Assembly: GCA_024137785.1 (NCBI GenBank)
Contig: JAHRHZ010000111.1
Coordinates: 34,607,830 to 34,671,829 of the forward strand
Direction of reading: 5' to 3'
Source: Ginglymostoma cirratum
Taxonomy: Eukaryota
Length of the DNA stretch: 64,000 bases
The notes below the pieces were generated by a model that saw only the letters and a list, made by a program, of their open reading frames with translations, did not search any database and was not told the DNA's origin. A program made the translations under genes and the position numbers. Shown here piece after piece: positions 50,605-61,064 of this stretch (its first letter is position 1; every line of letters starts with the position of its first letter).

Positions 50605-51667
50605 TCACACAGTAAAAAACTGATCTCAAAACTCCACGACCTTGGTCTCAGCTCTGCCCTCTGCAACTGGATCCTCAGCTTTCTGACCCATAGGCCACAA
50701 TCAGTGATGATAGGTAACTGCTCCTCCTCCACAATAACATTCAACGCTGGAGCACAACAAGGATGTGTCCTCAGCCCCTTACTGCACTCCTTCTACAGCT
50801 ACGACTGTGTTGCCAAATTCTGAACAAATGCCATCTACAAGTTCGGCGGTGACACCACTGTACTGGACAGATATATAACAATAACGAGGTAAAATAGATA
50901 AGGGAGATAGAAGGTTTGGTGACATGGTGCAATGAAAACAATCTGTCTCTCAATGTCAGCAAAACTAAAGAGCTGATCATCGACTTCAGAAAGAAAGGAG
51001 GAGAACGCGCCCCCATCTACATCAATGGAACTAAGGTTGAGAGAGTGAAAGCATCAAGTTCCTTGGAGTGACGATAACCAATGACCTGTCCTGGACTTCC
51101 CATGTAGATACAACAATTGAGAAGGTACAACAGTGCCTCTTCTTCGTTAGGGCGGGTCAGGAAATTTGCTATGCCCATAACGTCCCTCACCAACTTTGAC
51201 AGCTGCACCATTGATATCATACTGTCCGGGTGCATAACGGCCTGGTATGGCAACTGCTCTGCCCAGGACAGTACGAAACTACAGAAGGTGGTGTACACAG
51301 CCCAGACCATCACAGAAACCAACCTTCCATCCATGGACTCTATTTACATGGCTCGCTGCCGCAGAAAGGCGGCCAACATCATCAAAGACCCATCGCACCC
51401 TGGTAATAATCTCATACAACCTCTTCCATCAGGCAGAAGATACAGGAGCTTGAACACACACATGAGCAGATTCAGGAACAGCTTCTTTCCAGCCGTTGTC
51501 AGACTGTTGAATGGACTCTAGCCTCAAATAATGTAACCTGCAAAGTAACCTGTATGCCTATAAGTCTTTTTGATCTGTACATCCTTTGCTTGCTGTGATC
51601 TGCCTGTTCCACTCATAAACAAAGCTTTTCACTGTATTTCGGTACAAATGACAATCAATCAATCAAT
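50605..51667 (+). mobile_element. Rex1/Babar LINE, 5'-truncated RT C-terminus and 3' UTR
   Basis: [29 protein letters not shown]...[16 protein letters not shown] (degenerate KFADDTT), TIDIILSGCITAWYGNC...LPSGRRYRSL...RFRNSFFPAVVRLLN, and a (caat)n tail. Confidence 0.92.
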
Positions 51668-52237
51668 TATTGTCAGGCACTCATCGAAAACAGATATATG
51701 GGATTGAGTGATCAGCTCATCCCAAGCCCACAGTTCATTAAGTTTCATGAAGGGTTTCTGTCTATCTATCATCCCAAATATGCTTCATTAACGACCTATC
51801 TCTTTCCCATTGAAGCCCCTCTCAAGTGATGCTAATTGGATTATACCAATTACCACTCCCAGTATATACCAGAGTCGACTGGCAGCCCTGGTGCCACAAC
51901 ATACTTAAAATGTCATGTGCAACCTGACAAGTGCTATTGGTCTGGAGTTGCCAACATGTTGACCCATATGTTGTCGATGAGGGGACATTGGTGCCCTACC
52001 TTACAGGCAGGTATTTGGAGGTTGTAGAGAATGGGGTAGAGCCATGGAGGGACATCCTGTCGTCCCCCCAGAATTATCAGAGAGGCCACACCATCAAAGT
52101 CTGTCACCCTGGGCCAAGGGTGGCATCCAGGTCAGCATGGCCTCAGCCATCTCAACTCGGGTAAAGCCACAATCTTCTCTCTGCTACATCATTGTCACTC
52201 TATCTCTGCTACTGCACTCACATCGTATCAAGGCCCA

Positions 52238-53413
52238 TGGTCTTTTTGGGTAGAATCTTATAGTGTCCTGAATTGCTTTGGCCAAGAGTCCAATGAGGCC
52301 TCCACTTACATTTCCTCACTAACCCAATCCCTCACAGACAACTCTACGGTCTCTGTACTACCCGCTCACTCTCTTGCTGGACCTCACCACCTTTCCTCTG
52401 TCAATACCAGCACTAACAAATATATCACCCACTTTTCATCTCATTTAATGCCTTTGTCTTTCATTCAAAGAGTAAACAGCCCACGTTACAGCAGAAAGAG
52501 CCAAGATGGGTGGTGTTCAGCTCAATATTTGGCTTCTCATCCACTATAAGAGGAGGATTCTGCCCCTGACTGGCATGAGTACTCAAGTCTAAGGATTTTT
52601 TCCCATCTTTTTGCAGTCTAAGGTCAGTATCATAGCCTGTCCTCGACTTACTGTGTTGGGAACCATGGATGCCTCCTTGTCTCGTCTGAGGACTACTGTC
52701 TTTGTGTCTGCACAAAAAAAAAAGACATGTTAAGACAGAAGGAATGTGACCCTGGTGGTTCTGGCTTGTGAAGAGGGTAAGGGATGGGGGAGTGGTGGGC
52801 AAGGTGTGAACAGGCAACACAAGGCAGTGATGCTGTGAACATCCAGGTAGGCTGAAAGTGAATCAGCACTAACAGAGCAAGTGATCAGCTGTGAGATGGA
52901 GCCTGGTGCGATCGAGTGCTGGGTACCTCATAGCCTAGTTTCAACGCAAGTTGCTGGTACAGCCGCCAATGCATAGTTAAAGCATAGAAACATCCTGTAG
53001 GTGAATCGGAGAGGTGCCACATGTATCCTGAAAGGCTGGCATGTGTTGGATGCCTTTGGCTGTAAACAAGGGAATATGGGGGTGAGTGGACCATGCCTTC
53101 GGATGCTGGTACCCAATCTCCAGAGGAGCAAGCAATGAGCTGGACTCACCAGGTATCCACTTTGGGAAATGTCTAGTTTCATTGTGCAGATTGCAAGGAT
53201 AGGAAGCTGCATATTAATGAGGTAGTCAATGATGCTGACAGCAAGCAAATGTGTCCCTTAAAAGACATCTAGCTACCTCATGAGAACTTCATCTCCACAC
53301 TGAGAATGCTGGTTGGAAAGTATATCTGGATGCTCCCAATCCTTGTAATAGGCCTCATTGGACTGTTGGCCAAAGCAATTCAGGACACTATAAGATTCTA
53401 CCCAAAAAGACCA
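52238..53413. repeat. 64-bp inverted repeat with one mismatch (52238-52301 / 53350-53413)
   Basis: 'tggtctttttgggtagaatcttatagtgtcctgaattgctttggccaagagtccaatgaggcct' and its reverse complement about 1.05 kb downstream. Confidence 0.95.
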
Positions 53414-53829
53414 AATTTCAAAGAGAAGCAACAATTTATACACCTTGAGAGAAGGCTGCTGAGTGATTTCCATGTGAACTATGATTGGGCACGGCATTAC
53501 CAAAATGAATGCATAAAGGAACTGTTTTACTCTAAATTTTTCATTAAATTAAATAAAGGCAAATTGACTCTGATTGATTGAGCTGTTGCCCATGGAGAAT
53601 CCACCAAGGAACAGTGGTCCCTCATGATTTTGTTTCATTGAAAAGATGACAGGTCAGGGCATGTTCTTTTTACTTGCACAGAACAGGGCCCTGCATATGA
53701 ATGTGTATAGTTTCAAGTCTGTGTAACTGAGCCACATTACGAACTGATAATTAATGTATGTTCAATGAATTTAATTCTTACATAAAATGGGACTGTGTTA
53801 GTCAACAATACGTTCCTGTTACAAAAAAA

Positions 53830-54000
53830 ACAAAAAAACTGCTGATGCATGAAATCAGAAACAAAAACAGAAATTGCTAGAAAAACTCAGCAGCTCTGGC
53901 ATCTTGCGTGGAGATAAAGCAGAGTTAACATTCGGGTCCGCTTCTGAAGACTGCTTACTCTCGACTGCTTGCTGAGTTATCCAGCAATTTCTGATTCTGT
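53830..54000. mobile_element. PLE family B partial fold-back copy
   Basis: 'gaaatcagaaacaaaaacagaaattgctagaaaaactcagcag...cagagttaacattcgggtcc' followed by a short inverted arm 'tgctgagttatccagcaatttctg'. Confidence 0.7.
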
Positions 54001-55087
54001 TCATAAGTTCCTGTTTCTTGCCACCAATATCAAATGGACTGAAGATTTAACCAAATGTACTTCATTTTCAAGAGTGTGTCAAGTTGACAGTTATCAATGC
54101 TTGCCGATGTCCTTTAAAACTGGACATTATAATGTCATACTTTTGCAACGAAACTCATGGATTTATGGTAAACGAACTCTACCCTGAAAGCAAAATGGGA
54201 AGAGGAACAATTTTGAAATTAAATGGAGTTGTGAGATCAGGTGAAATCTTTTCTATGCAAAGCTGGAAGTTAGCCAACCTCTCTAGATAAGAGTTTAAAA
54301 TGCAACTGAATTTTAGGATGTTTCATTGAGAAGGCTTTAAAAGTGGAAACACCTTTTCATGTTGGTCAATGGTTGGCACGGTCTTCATAATTATAGAAGC
54401 TTGTTTAGAGCAAGCTTGCCGTCGTCTTGGCTCTGGAGTGGAATTCCACAGGATGGGTGTGAGAAGATACACATTCTATCACAAAGAGATGCAAGTGGAT
54501 GAAACTCAAACACTACTGTGTGTCAATGCCCACAACATCAGAGACCATTTGTGTTGGCAATTGAAAACAGTCAAATAGTAACATGACAGAAATTAGGTTT
54601 GATAAGGGCTATTTACTAAGACACATTTTTGAGAGCAGTCTCAGAGACAGAGAGGGAGAAACATTCATTCAGAGCAGCAAAGAAAGGACCCTGCCTAAAA
54701 TCTATCAGAGAATTAAGGCTAGCCTTTAACTACCGACTTGAAGAACAGAACTTAAGTTTGCACTTCAGGGGTTTGATTTCATTTCAGTGATAGGCCACTG
54801 AAAGTCTCTCATTGGAAGTCTCTAACCTGTATTTCTTTGGTGAACTGAAAGGAAATCATAGGCCTGCAAAAATTAAGACTGCATCTCTGAAGAATCTATG
54901 GTGATAGTCAATTATTTTTGTCTTTTAAACCTAAGTACATGTCTTTTCTTAAATGTGTATGTATTCATACACATGAGGGGTTGCTTATCCGAATATCTTT
55001 GAGTGGTGAGTAACAAATATTTCTCCTTCTCTTTAAACGTATGAGAATATTTTTTCTTTTGTCATCTTGAGCAATCAAAGGGTTGGG

Positions 55088-55325
55088 AACATAAGAACAG
55101 GAGTAGGCCTCTGAGCCTGTTGAGAGTGCTCTGCTTTTCAATTAGATGAATGTGCACAATGATTGAGATTCCTTAGACTTCTGTGATAGTGATTCCAAAG
55201 ATGTAACACCTTCTGAGTGAAGAAATTTTTCCTCTCCGCAGTCATAAATAGCCTAACATGAGTCTATCTCTTTAGTTCTAGAAACACCATCCAGAGGATA
55301 CATTCTGTCTATGTTCATCCTTCCC
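55088..55325 (-). mobile_element. Old CR1 3' end
   Basis: 'aacataagaacaggagtaggcc...gattccaaagat...gagtgaagaaattttt'. Confidence 0.55.
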
Positions 55326-55534
55326 TTGTCTTTGGAATCAGTTTCCCAATTTCAAATCACCTACTTCAAACTGGATTGAAAGACATTTTCTCCTTTTTAA
55401 GACATGTTCTCTTATAACTGGTCTGGAGGTGGAAGGACAAGGGGTCACCATCCTGCTACCTCTCCCCTGTCTGCAACAGCAAGAACTCCTTGGCACATAT
55501 TGCTTTGCTTCTGGTAATTCAATCCATAATCAGT

Positions 55535-55896
55535 TTTTTAAAAATTCTTTAACGGGATGAAGGCATCGCTGGCTAGGCAGCATTTATTGCCCATCCCTAA
55601 TTGCCCAGAGGGCATTTCAAAATCAACCACATTGCTGTGGGTCTCAAGTCACATGTAGGTCAGACCAGGTAAGGATGGCAGTTTCGTTCCCTAAAGGACA
55701 TTAGTGAACCAGATGGGTTTTTCCGACAATCGGCAATGGATTCATGGTCATCACTAGATTCTTAATTCTAGATTTTTTTTTATTGAATTCAAATTCCACC
55801 ATTTGCCATAGCGAGATTCAAACCCTGGTCCCCAGAACATTGTCTGGGTCTCTGGATTAACAGTCCAGCGATAATACCACTAGGCCATCGCCTCCG
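55535..55896 (-). mobile_element. MetaSINE-like SINE, full length and well preserved
   Basis: Minus strand has the head ggaggcgatggcctagtggtattatcgctggactgttaatcc, core ggttcactaatgtcctttagggaacg...ccttacctggtctg, and tail ggcaattagggatgggcaataaatgctgcctagccagcga. Confidence 0.9.
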
Positions 55897-56988
55897 CCTT
55901 ATGGCGTTTAACAGAGTGACCTCAGTCTGGATTTTTATGGAGTCAGGGTGACTCCTAATATTTAAAAATGGTGAATGGTACCGGATTCTGGGATGCCCAA
56001 CTCTATTTCCAGTGTCTCTACTTTTCACAACTGCAGGAAAAATTTGCAGATGGTGAACCCGTGCCCTACATTCCTGGCATGGCCTGTGTGGGTAGACATG
56101 TCCTAGACCACACAACTTTTGTGGAGTCGCCCAGGTTTTTTTGTGATTTAGAGCCTCATGAACTAACCTGATGAAGAACGCTTTCGAAAAGGTATCTTCA
56201 AAGGTTTTTACACATGTCCCTACGCCAACTCATGCTCATGGTCCTCTTCAATAGCTCCTTGTACCCTCTATGCCAACTAATGATCCTTCGTTTTTCTCCA
56301 ATTGTCTTCATACCCTCCATAAACGCTCATAGAACCCTCCATAAAAACTTGTATTTCTTTTAAAACAGTGTTAGTTTACCAATAACTCCACTCACGCAAG
56401 TAGTTTGCAACCTGTACTATTCAGCAAGTATGCACTCTGTCCAGAAATAATAGCCCTTATATTAAAAATGGTGTGTGTTGAAGAGCTTAGAACAGTTATT
56501 TGTAGCATTCTTAAAAGAAACTGCTGTTACCGTATAAAAGTGTTAATCAAAATACTATTAACTTATCATTAGCAAAAAGCATTTGACAACTCTATCTTCT
56601 GTAACTAAACATTCATGTTGTCACACACAGTGGAGAGAAAACCCATACTCCATTTCACGGGAAGCTCTGAATCGACTGCTAGTGCACAGACATTATCAAA
56701 CTGGAAAGTACAAAGGATATCCTTGGACATCCTGATCTTTGCTCAGAGCCATCGAGATTGAATAACTTTCCATCCATGTAATAGCTAATATCTGATGTGA
56801 AATGAAGCAGGATATAGCAGAGACGGAGGCCATTCAGTCCCTGCTGCTGCACTAGTTCTTTGAAAAAGCTAAATAATTAGTTCCATTCCTCAGAGATAAA
56901 AGGTACTGCAGATGCTGGAGAATCCGAGATAACAAGCATGGGGCTGGATGAACACAGCAAGTCAAGCAGCATCATAGGAGCAGGAAAA

Positions 56989-57023
56989 CTTGACGTTTCG
57001 GGCCTAAACCCTTCATCAGAAAT
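56989..57023 (-). ncRNA. Minimal hammerhead ribozyme motif in the PLE 3' repeat
   Basis: Minus strand reads ATTT-CTGATGA-A-GGG-TTTAGG-CCC-GAAAC-GTC-AAG. Confidence 0.75.
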
Positions 57024-57274
57024 GGGGGAGGGGAAGAGGGTTCTGAAATAAATAGGGAGAGAGGGGGAGGCGGATAGAGGATGGATAGAGGAGAGGATAG
57101 GTGGAGAGGAGGCAGACAAGTCAAAGAGGCGGGGATGGAGCCAGTAAAGGTGAGTGTAGGTAGTGGGGTAGGGAGGAGATAGGTCAGTCCAGGGAGGACG
57201 GACAGGTCAAGGGGGCGGGATGATGTTAGTAGATAGGAGATGGGGGTGTGGCTTGAGGTGAGAGGAAAAACAGG

Positions 57275-57533
57275 TTAGGGAGGTGGAGATGAGCTGGGCT
57301 GGTTTTGGGATGCGGTTGGGGGAGGGGAGATTTTGAAGCTTGTGAAATCCACATTGATGCCATTGGGCTGCAGGGTTCCCAGGCTGAATATGATTTGCTG
57401 TTCCTGCAGCCTTCGGGTGGCATCACTGTGGCATTGCAGGAGGCCAAGGATGGACATGTCATCTGAGGAATGGGAGGGGGAGTTGAAATGGTTCGCGACT
57501 GGGAGGTGCAGTTGTTTGTTGCGAACTGAGCGC
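57275..57533 (-). pseudogene. PLE GIY-YIG endonuclease C-terminal fragment
   Basis: LRSVRNKQLHLPVANHFNSPSHSSDDMSILGL...RRLQEQQIIFSLGTLQPNGIN shows the VA.HF, conserved E and L.T..P.G.N pattern of PLE GIY-YIG domains. Confidence 0.88.
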
Positions 57534-60500
57534 AGTTCTTTTCCCAAGGTAAATATGAAATGTAATTTCATCATCAGTGGCAAGGATGAAGCTTTTCAAT
57601 GTCAACTGCAATATTAGTTATAACCATGTGATGTAACTGGATCGTTCATTTGATGTTAATTCATTTGATCCTGCTGCAATTGATTATAGCAATGATTAAG
57701 AATTTTTACTTCTATTTTCAGTGTCAGTAGACCATTGTGCAAAAAAATAGTGAGATTCTCTGAAGTGCGCTGAAGTACAGTAGGCAGGGACAACAAAGAC
57801 AATACCTTGTTTCAAAGGTTAAGATATACAAAGATACTAAGTGCTTTTATATTGCTACCATTTAATTTAGATCCGTCAGCCTCAGTTCACATGATCTGGT
57901 TACTGCTTTATTACTCTTACCCCAGTAGCAGATTCATTGGCCTAAAAGTAGTCATCAAATCCAAATTAAGCAAAAGAGACTGAAAGTAACTAGAGCAATG
58001 CTCCGTAAATGTTTTCCCAATGTGACCTCTTCTGTGTAACCCCACATTGCAAGTTGTGGTGGAGGGGGATTGGAGAGGGTCAGGGAGCTGTTATGCAGGA
58101 GAAAGTTTTGCATTAAAAAGAACAAAGATCTACCTTTTTATCAGCTGTGCATGCAGCAGCAAAAAGGCCTTTGGGGAGAGATTATTAAGCCACGACAACA
58201 GACAGGAGCAAAAACCCAAATATTGAAAGGGATTTCACAACTGTCTGAACAGAATTCCTCGGTCATCAGTTCTACCTCAGAGTCTGTGTCCCCAAAAATC
58301 TCATCATGCAAACTCAGTGGGTGTTACACCCATAGATTAGGTACCCTTAAACCAGGAAACATTACCCTTCAATGCTGGTGACTGCAAGAGGCCAACTTAT
58401 TCATTTGTGCAAGTGATATGAATTTACTTAAGATTTGGATTAGTCTAACGTCTATTTGTTGCCTGTTGCAATTTGAGGGATGGGTAGTTGTGTAAGAACT
58501 TAACTTCAGGATGTATGTGATTGATGCAACTGGTTTTTTTTCCTCCTCTATTGTGATCGATGGAGAATCTCTGAGCATGTCACTGATACTGGTTGCTTTG
58601 AAAAATATCTATGATCACAACGATAGTGCAAATAACACTGAAAACGAGAAAGGGAACGAGAAGGAGAAAAGAGAGACAGAAGGACAAAGAAAGGGACAAG
58701 GGGAGCTGGATATTGTTCCAGTGAATGAGTATTTACTGACTACCTGGTTATAGTCAAGTTTACCTGAATATGGGATTGTGCCGACATATTGTTGCCTTTC
58801 AAGTGCTGCACATCTCTTTACTGTTTTAAACTGGAGTCCAGTAGATTTCTCTGAGCCAGTATTTTTAATTGTTTGCAAACAGTATGAATTTGATAAACAA
58901 CTACAATGTAAATATCCAGAGTGACTCTACAGTAAAATATTCTTCAGATTGAAACAGTCATCGGGGAAACTTATAACACCTCAGGTATTAGAGCTTCCAA
59001 GTAAGAAATCAATCAATGTCTGATCATTGTTAGCCATTATCAGCTGAGAATTGCATTAGACAATCATAGTAGCTGAGACTTTTGTGACTGTCTAATAAGT
59101 TTTCCATTTAAAATACATAATTTCACTTTGTGGTAATGTAATATTAAGTAATAGGTCTTACATGTTCTATTACATGCTGCAAGCAATCTGGCCTTTTACA
59201 GTTCCTTTTAACTATCAATCTGACTACCTTTTCTACCACACATTAAAGCTATTCATATGTTAATACAAATAAAATGTTTTGAATCTGGGAATAATATCTT
59301 TAAGCGTCTGGTTTGCATGATAACTGTCCAACACATCCTGAAAAATCTTGTTAAAGACAGGTAGAATTTTATTACATTTTTTGGGGGATGTGTTAGTGTT
59401 CTCAGATCCTAGACCTTTCCACCAGTACAGTTCACCTTCCCTGATCTCTTTGCAGCTGGGGGCAGAGTTACTGGCTAATTGCTTGAAAATGAGGGATACC
59501 TACTTAAGACATATCTGATGCCACCTCTCAGAAGTCTGAAGACTTGGAGCCAGGAGTGGCATTAAGCAAGCGTTCAATCTGCTAGAGATTTGTTTGATAT
59601 GTGTTAGAATCCTCTTTAGTGTACACTAGTTGGGCTCTGCAGAAAGGTCACGGTATGGTGGGCAATGAACAACATATGCAGCTGAGAAGTTTGGACGTAC
59701 AAAGGGAAACTGGTAGTAGGTACAGCATCTTTTGGTTGATTCTGAGATAAAGAACGAGGAAAGTACGGAAAGCAAACAGAGGGAAGGTGATGAAGACAGT
59801 GTGCAACAACATGGCACATTGGTGTCCCGCACGCTGTGGTTATAATGCAAGTATCCTGGCTCTAACACAAAGTAATCCTGCAAACAAACTGCAAATCCTG
59901 CAAGGCTCCCTTTCACATCCCCTTCTCCCTGTATTTATCTCCGAATGTTATGCCTTCCCATTCATCATTACACAACTATAAAGCTGATGTCCCAACCAGC
60001 CAACAATTAAGAACTGGCAAGATGGCAAAGTGAGGTAGAAGTGTTGTGCTTCAACTGAAGATTGGAGATGTAAAAGTATAATAATATTTAACACATCCGA
60101 TTTGTGCAGCTACAAATCTTTACTCTTCCTTTTGCTGACACCAGTATGTGAAGTAACCCTCAGACTGAAGTAGAAACAATGGCAAGCTACTCAAATCCCT
60201 GCTGTGATGGGTGAGCTGCTGTTGGCTGCTATTGTCTAAGGGCTCCACTGAGCCCTGCTCCACCTGCACTTTCAGGTGGAGTGGGGAAAGCTTTGACTGG
60301 AATCCCGAATTCCATGGCCCTTTTTGTTGTCAATTCTCTAATGGCCCAGTTATACTTAACTGCTACCAATGTGCTGGAAAGTACTCAGGTACAGATTGAC
60401 TGGGCATTGAAACACTAAGGCTAGGAGAATTATTATTCGATTGAAGACGACATGTAGAGTCCACAATTTTGTTCAGGCTCTGCACGCACTCATTTCATTG

Positions 60501-60741
60501 AGATGTTTCACGCTTTTACAAAGGTGGCTGATCTATCTATGGAGATACATAGCATCACACTGGCCTGTCACTGGAACTCATTCACATTTAAGGCAGAATT
60601 CTGCAATCATTCTTCAGTTGTAGACCAAGTTTTTGGAATTCCCTTCAGTGTATCTCAGGTTCCCTGCAATTGCATCTCTTTATTGTCAGCCATGCTGAAG
60701 AATTCAAAGGTACCATGCACTTGAATCAATGGGCAAAACAT

Positions 60742-60850
60742 GGGCATCCTTGTGGTGCAGTGGCTGTACCCCTACCTCTGAGCTAGGAGGCCCTTGTGCA
60801 AGCCTGACCTACTTATGAGGTGCTGAATAACATGTTGATTAAAAATACTT
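60742..60850 (+). mobile_element. Short tRNA-derived SINE
   Basis: 'gtggtgcagtggctgtacccctacctctgagctaggaggcc...aataacatgttgattaaaaata'. Confidence 0.55.
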
Positions 60851-61064
60851 GAGCAAAATACAACAATAAAAATTTAGCGGGTCAGTCCTGACCATTTTTT
60901 CTCATGTTTTCACTTTAAGTAAAGCTTACATTATTACGTATAAGGATCTGCGAGCTGAACAGATGTAAGGAATTCTTCTGGCCTTTTTTGTTTATGCCCC
61001 TATCAAATGGAAGTGTTATACAGCAGGCAAAGGATGAAAATAATGTTGGATACGTCCACCAGAA

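Larger units (their letters stand above)
56890..57533 (-). mobile_element. Penelope-like retroelement (family A), 5'-truncated: GIY-YIG C-terminus, 3' UTR, hammerhead and tail
   Basis: Protein fragment followed by a C/T-rich UTR and the family A terminal repeat. Possible degenerate TSD AGTTC(CA/TT)TTCC (56879-56889 / 57534-57544). Confidence 0.92.

Noticed and set aside
51670-53340. Possible decayed PIF/Harbinger-like DNA transposon sequence (also 18300-18960, 22300-23220, 48860-49740, 62740-63400)
   Set aside because: Suggested by composition only; I could not read DDE or Myb/SANT motifs, or TIRs.
56165-56196. Isolated CTGATGA-A-GAA..TTC-GAAA hammerhead-like string
   Set aside because: Stem II is weak, there is no palindromic stem III or clear NUH geometry, and no PLE flanks.
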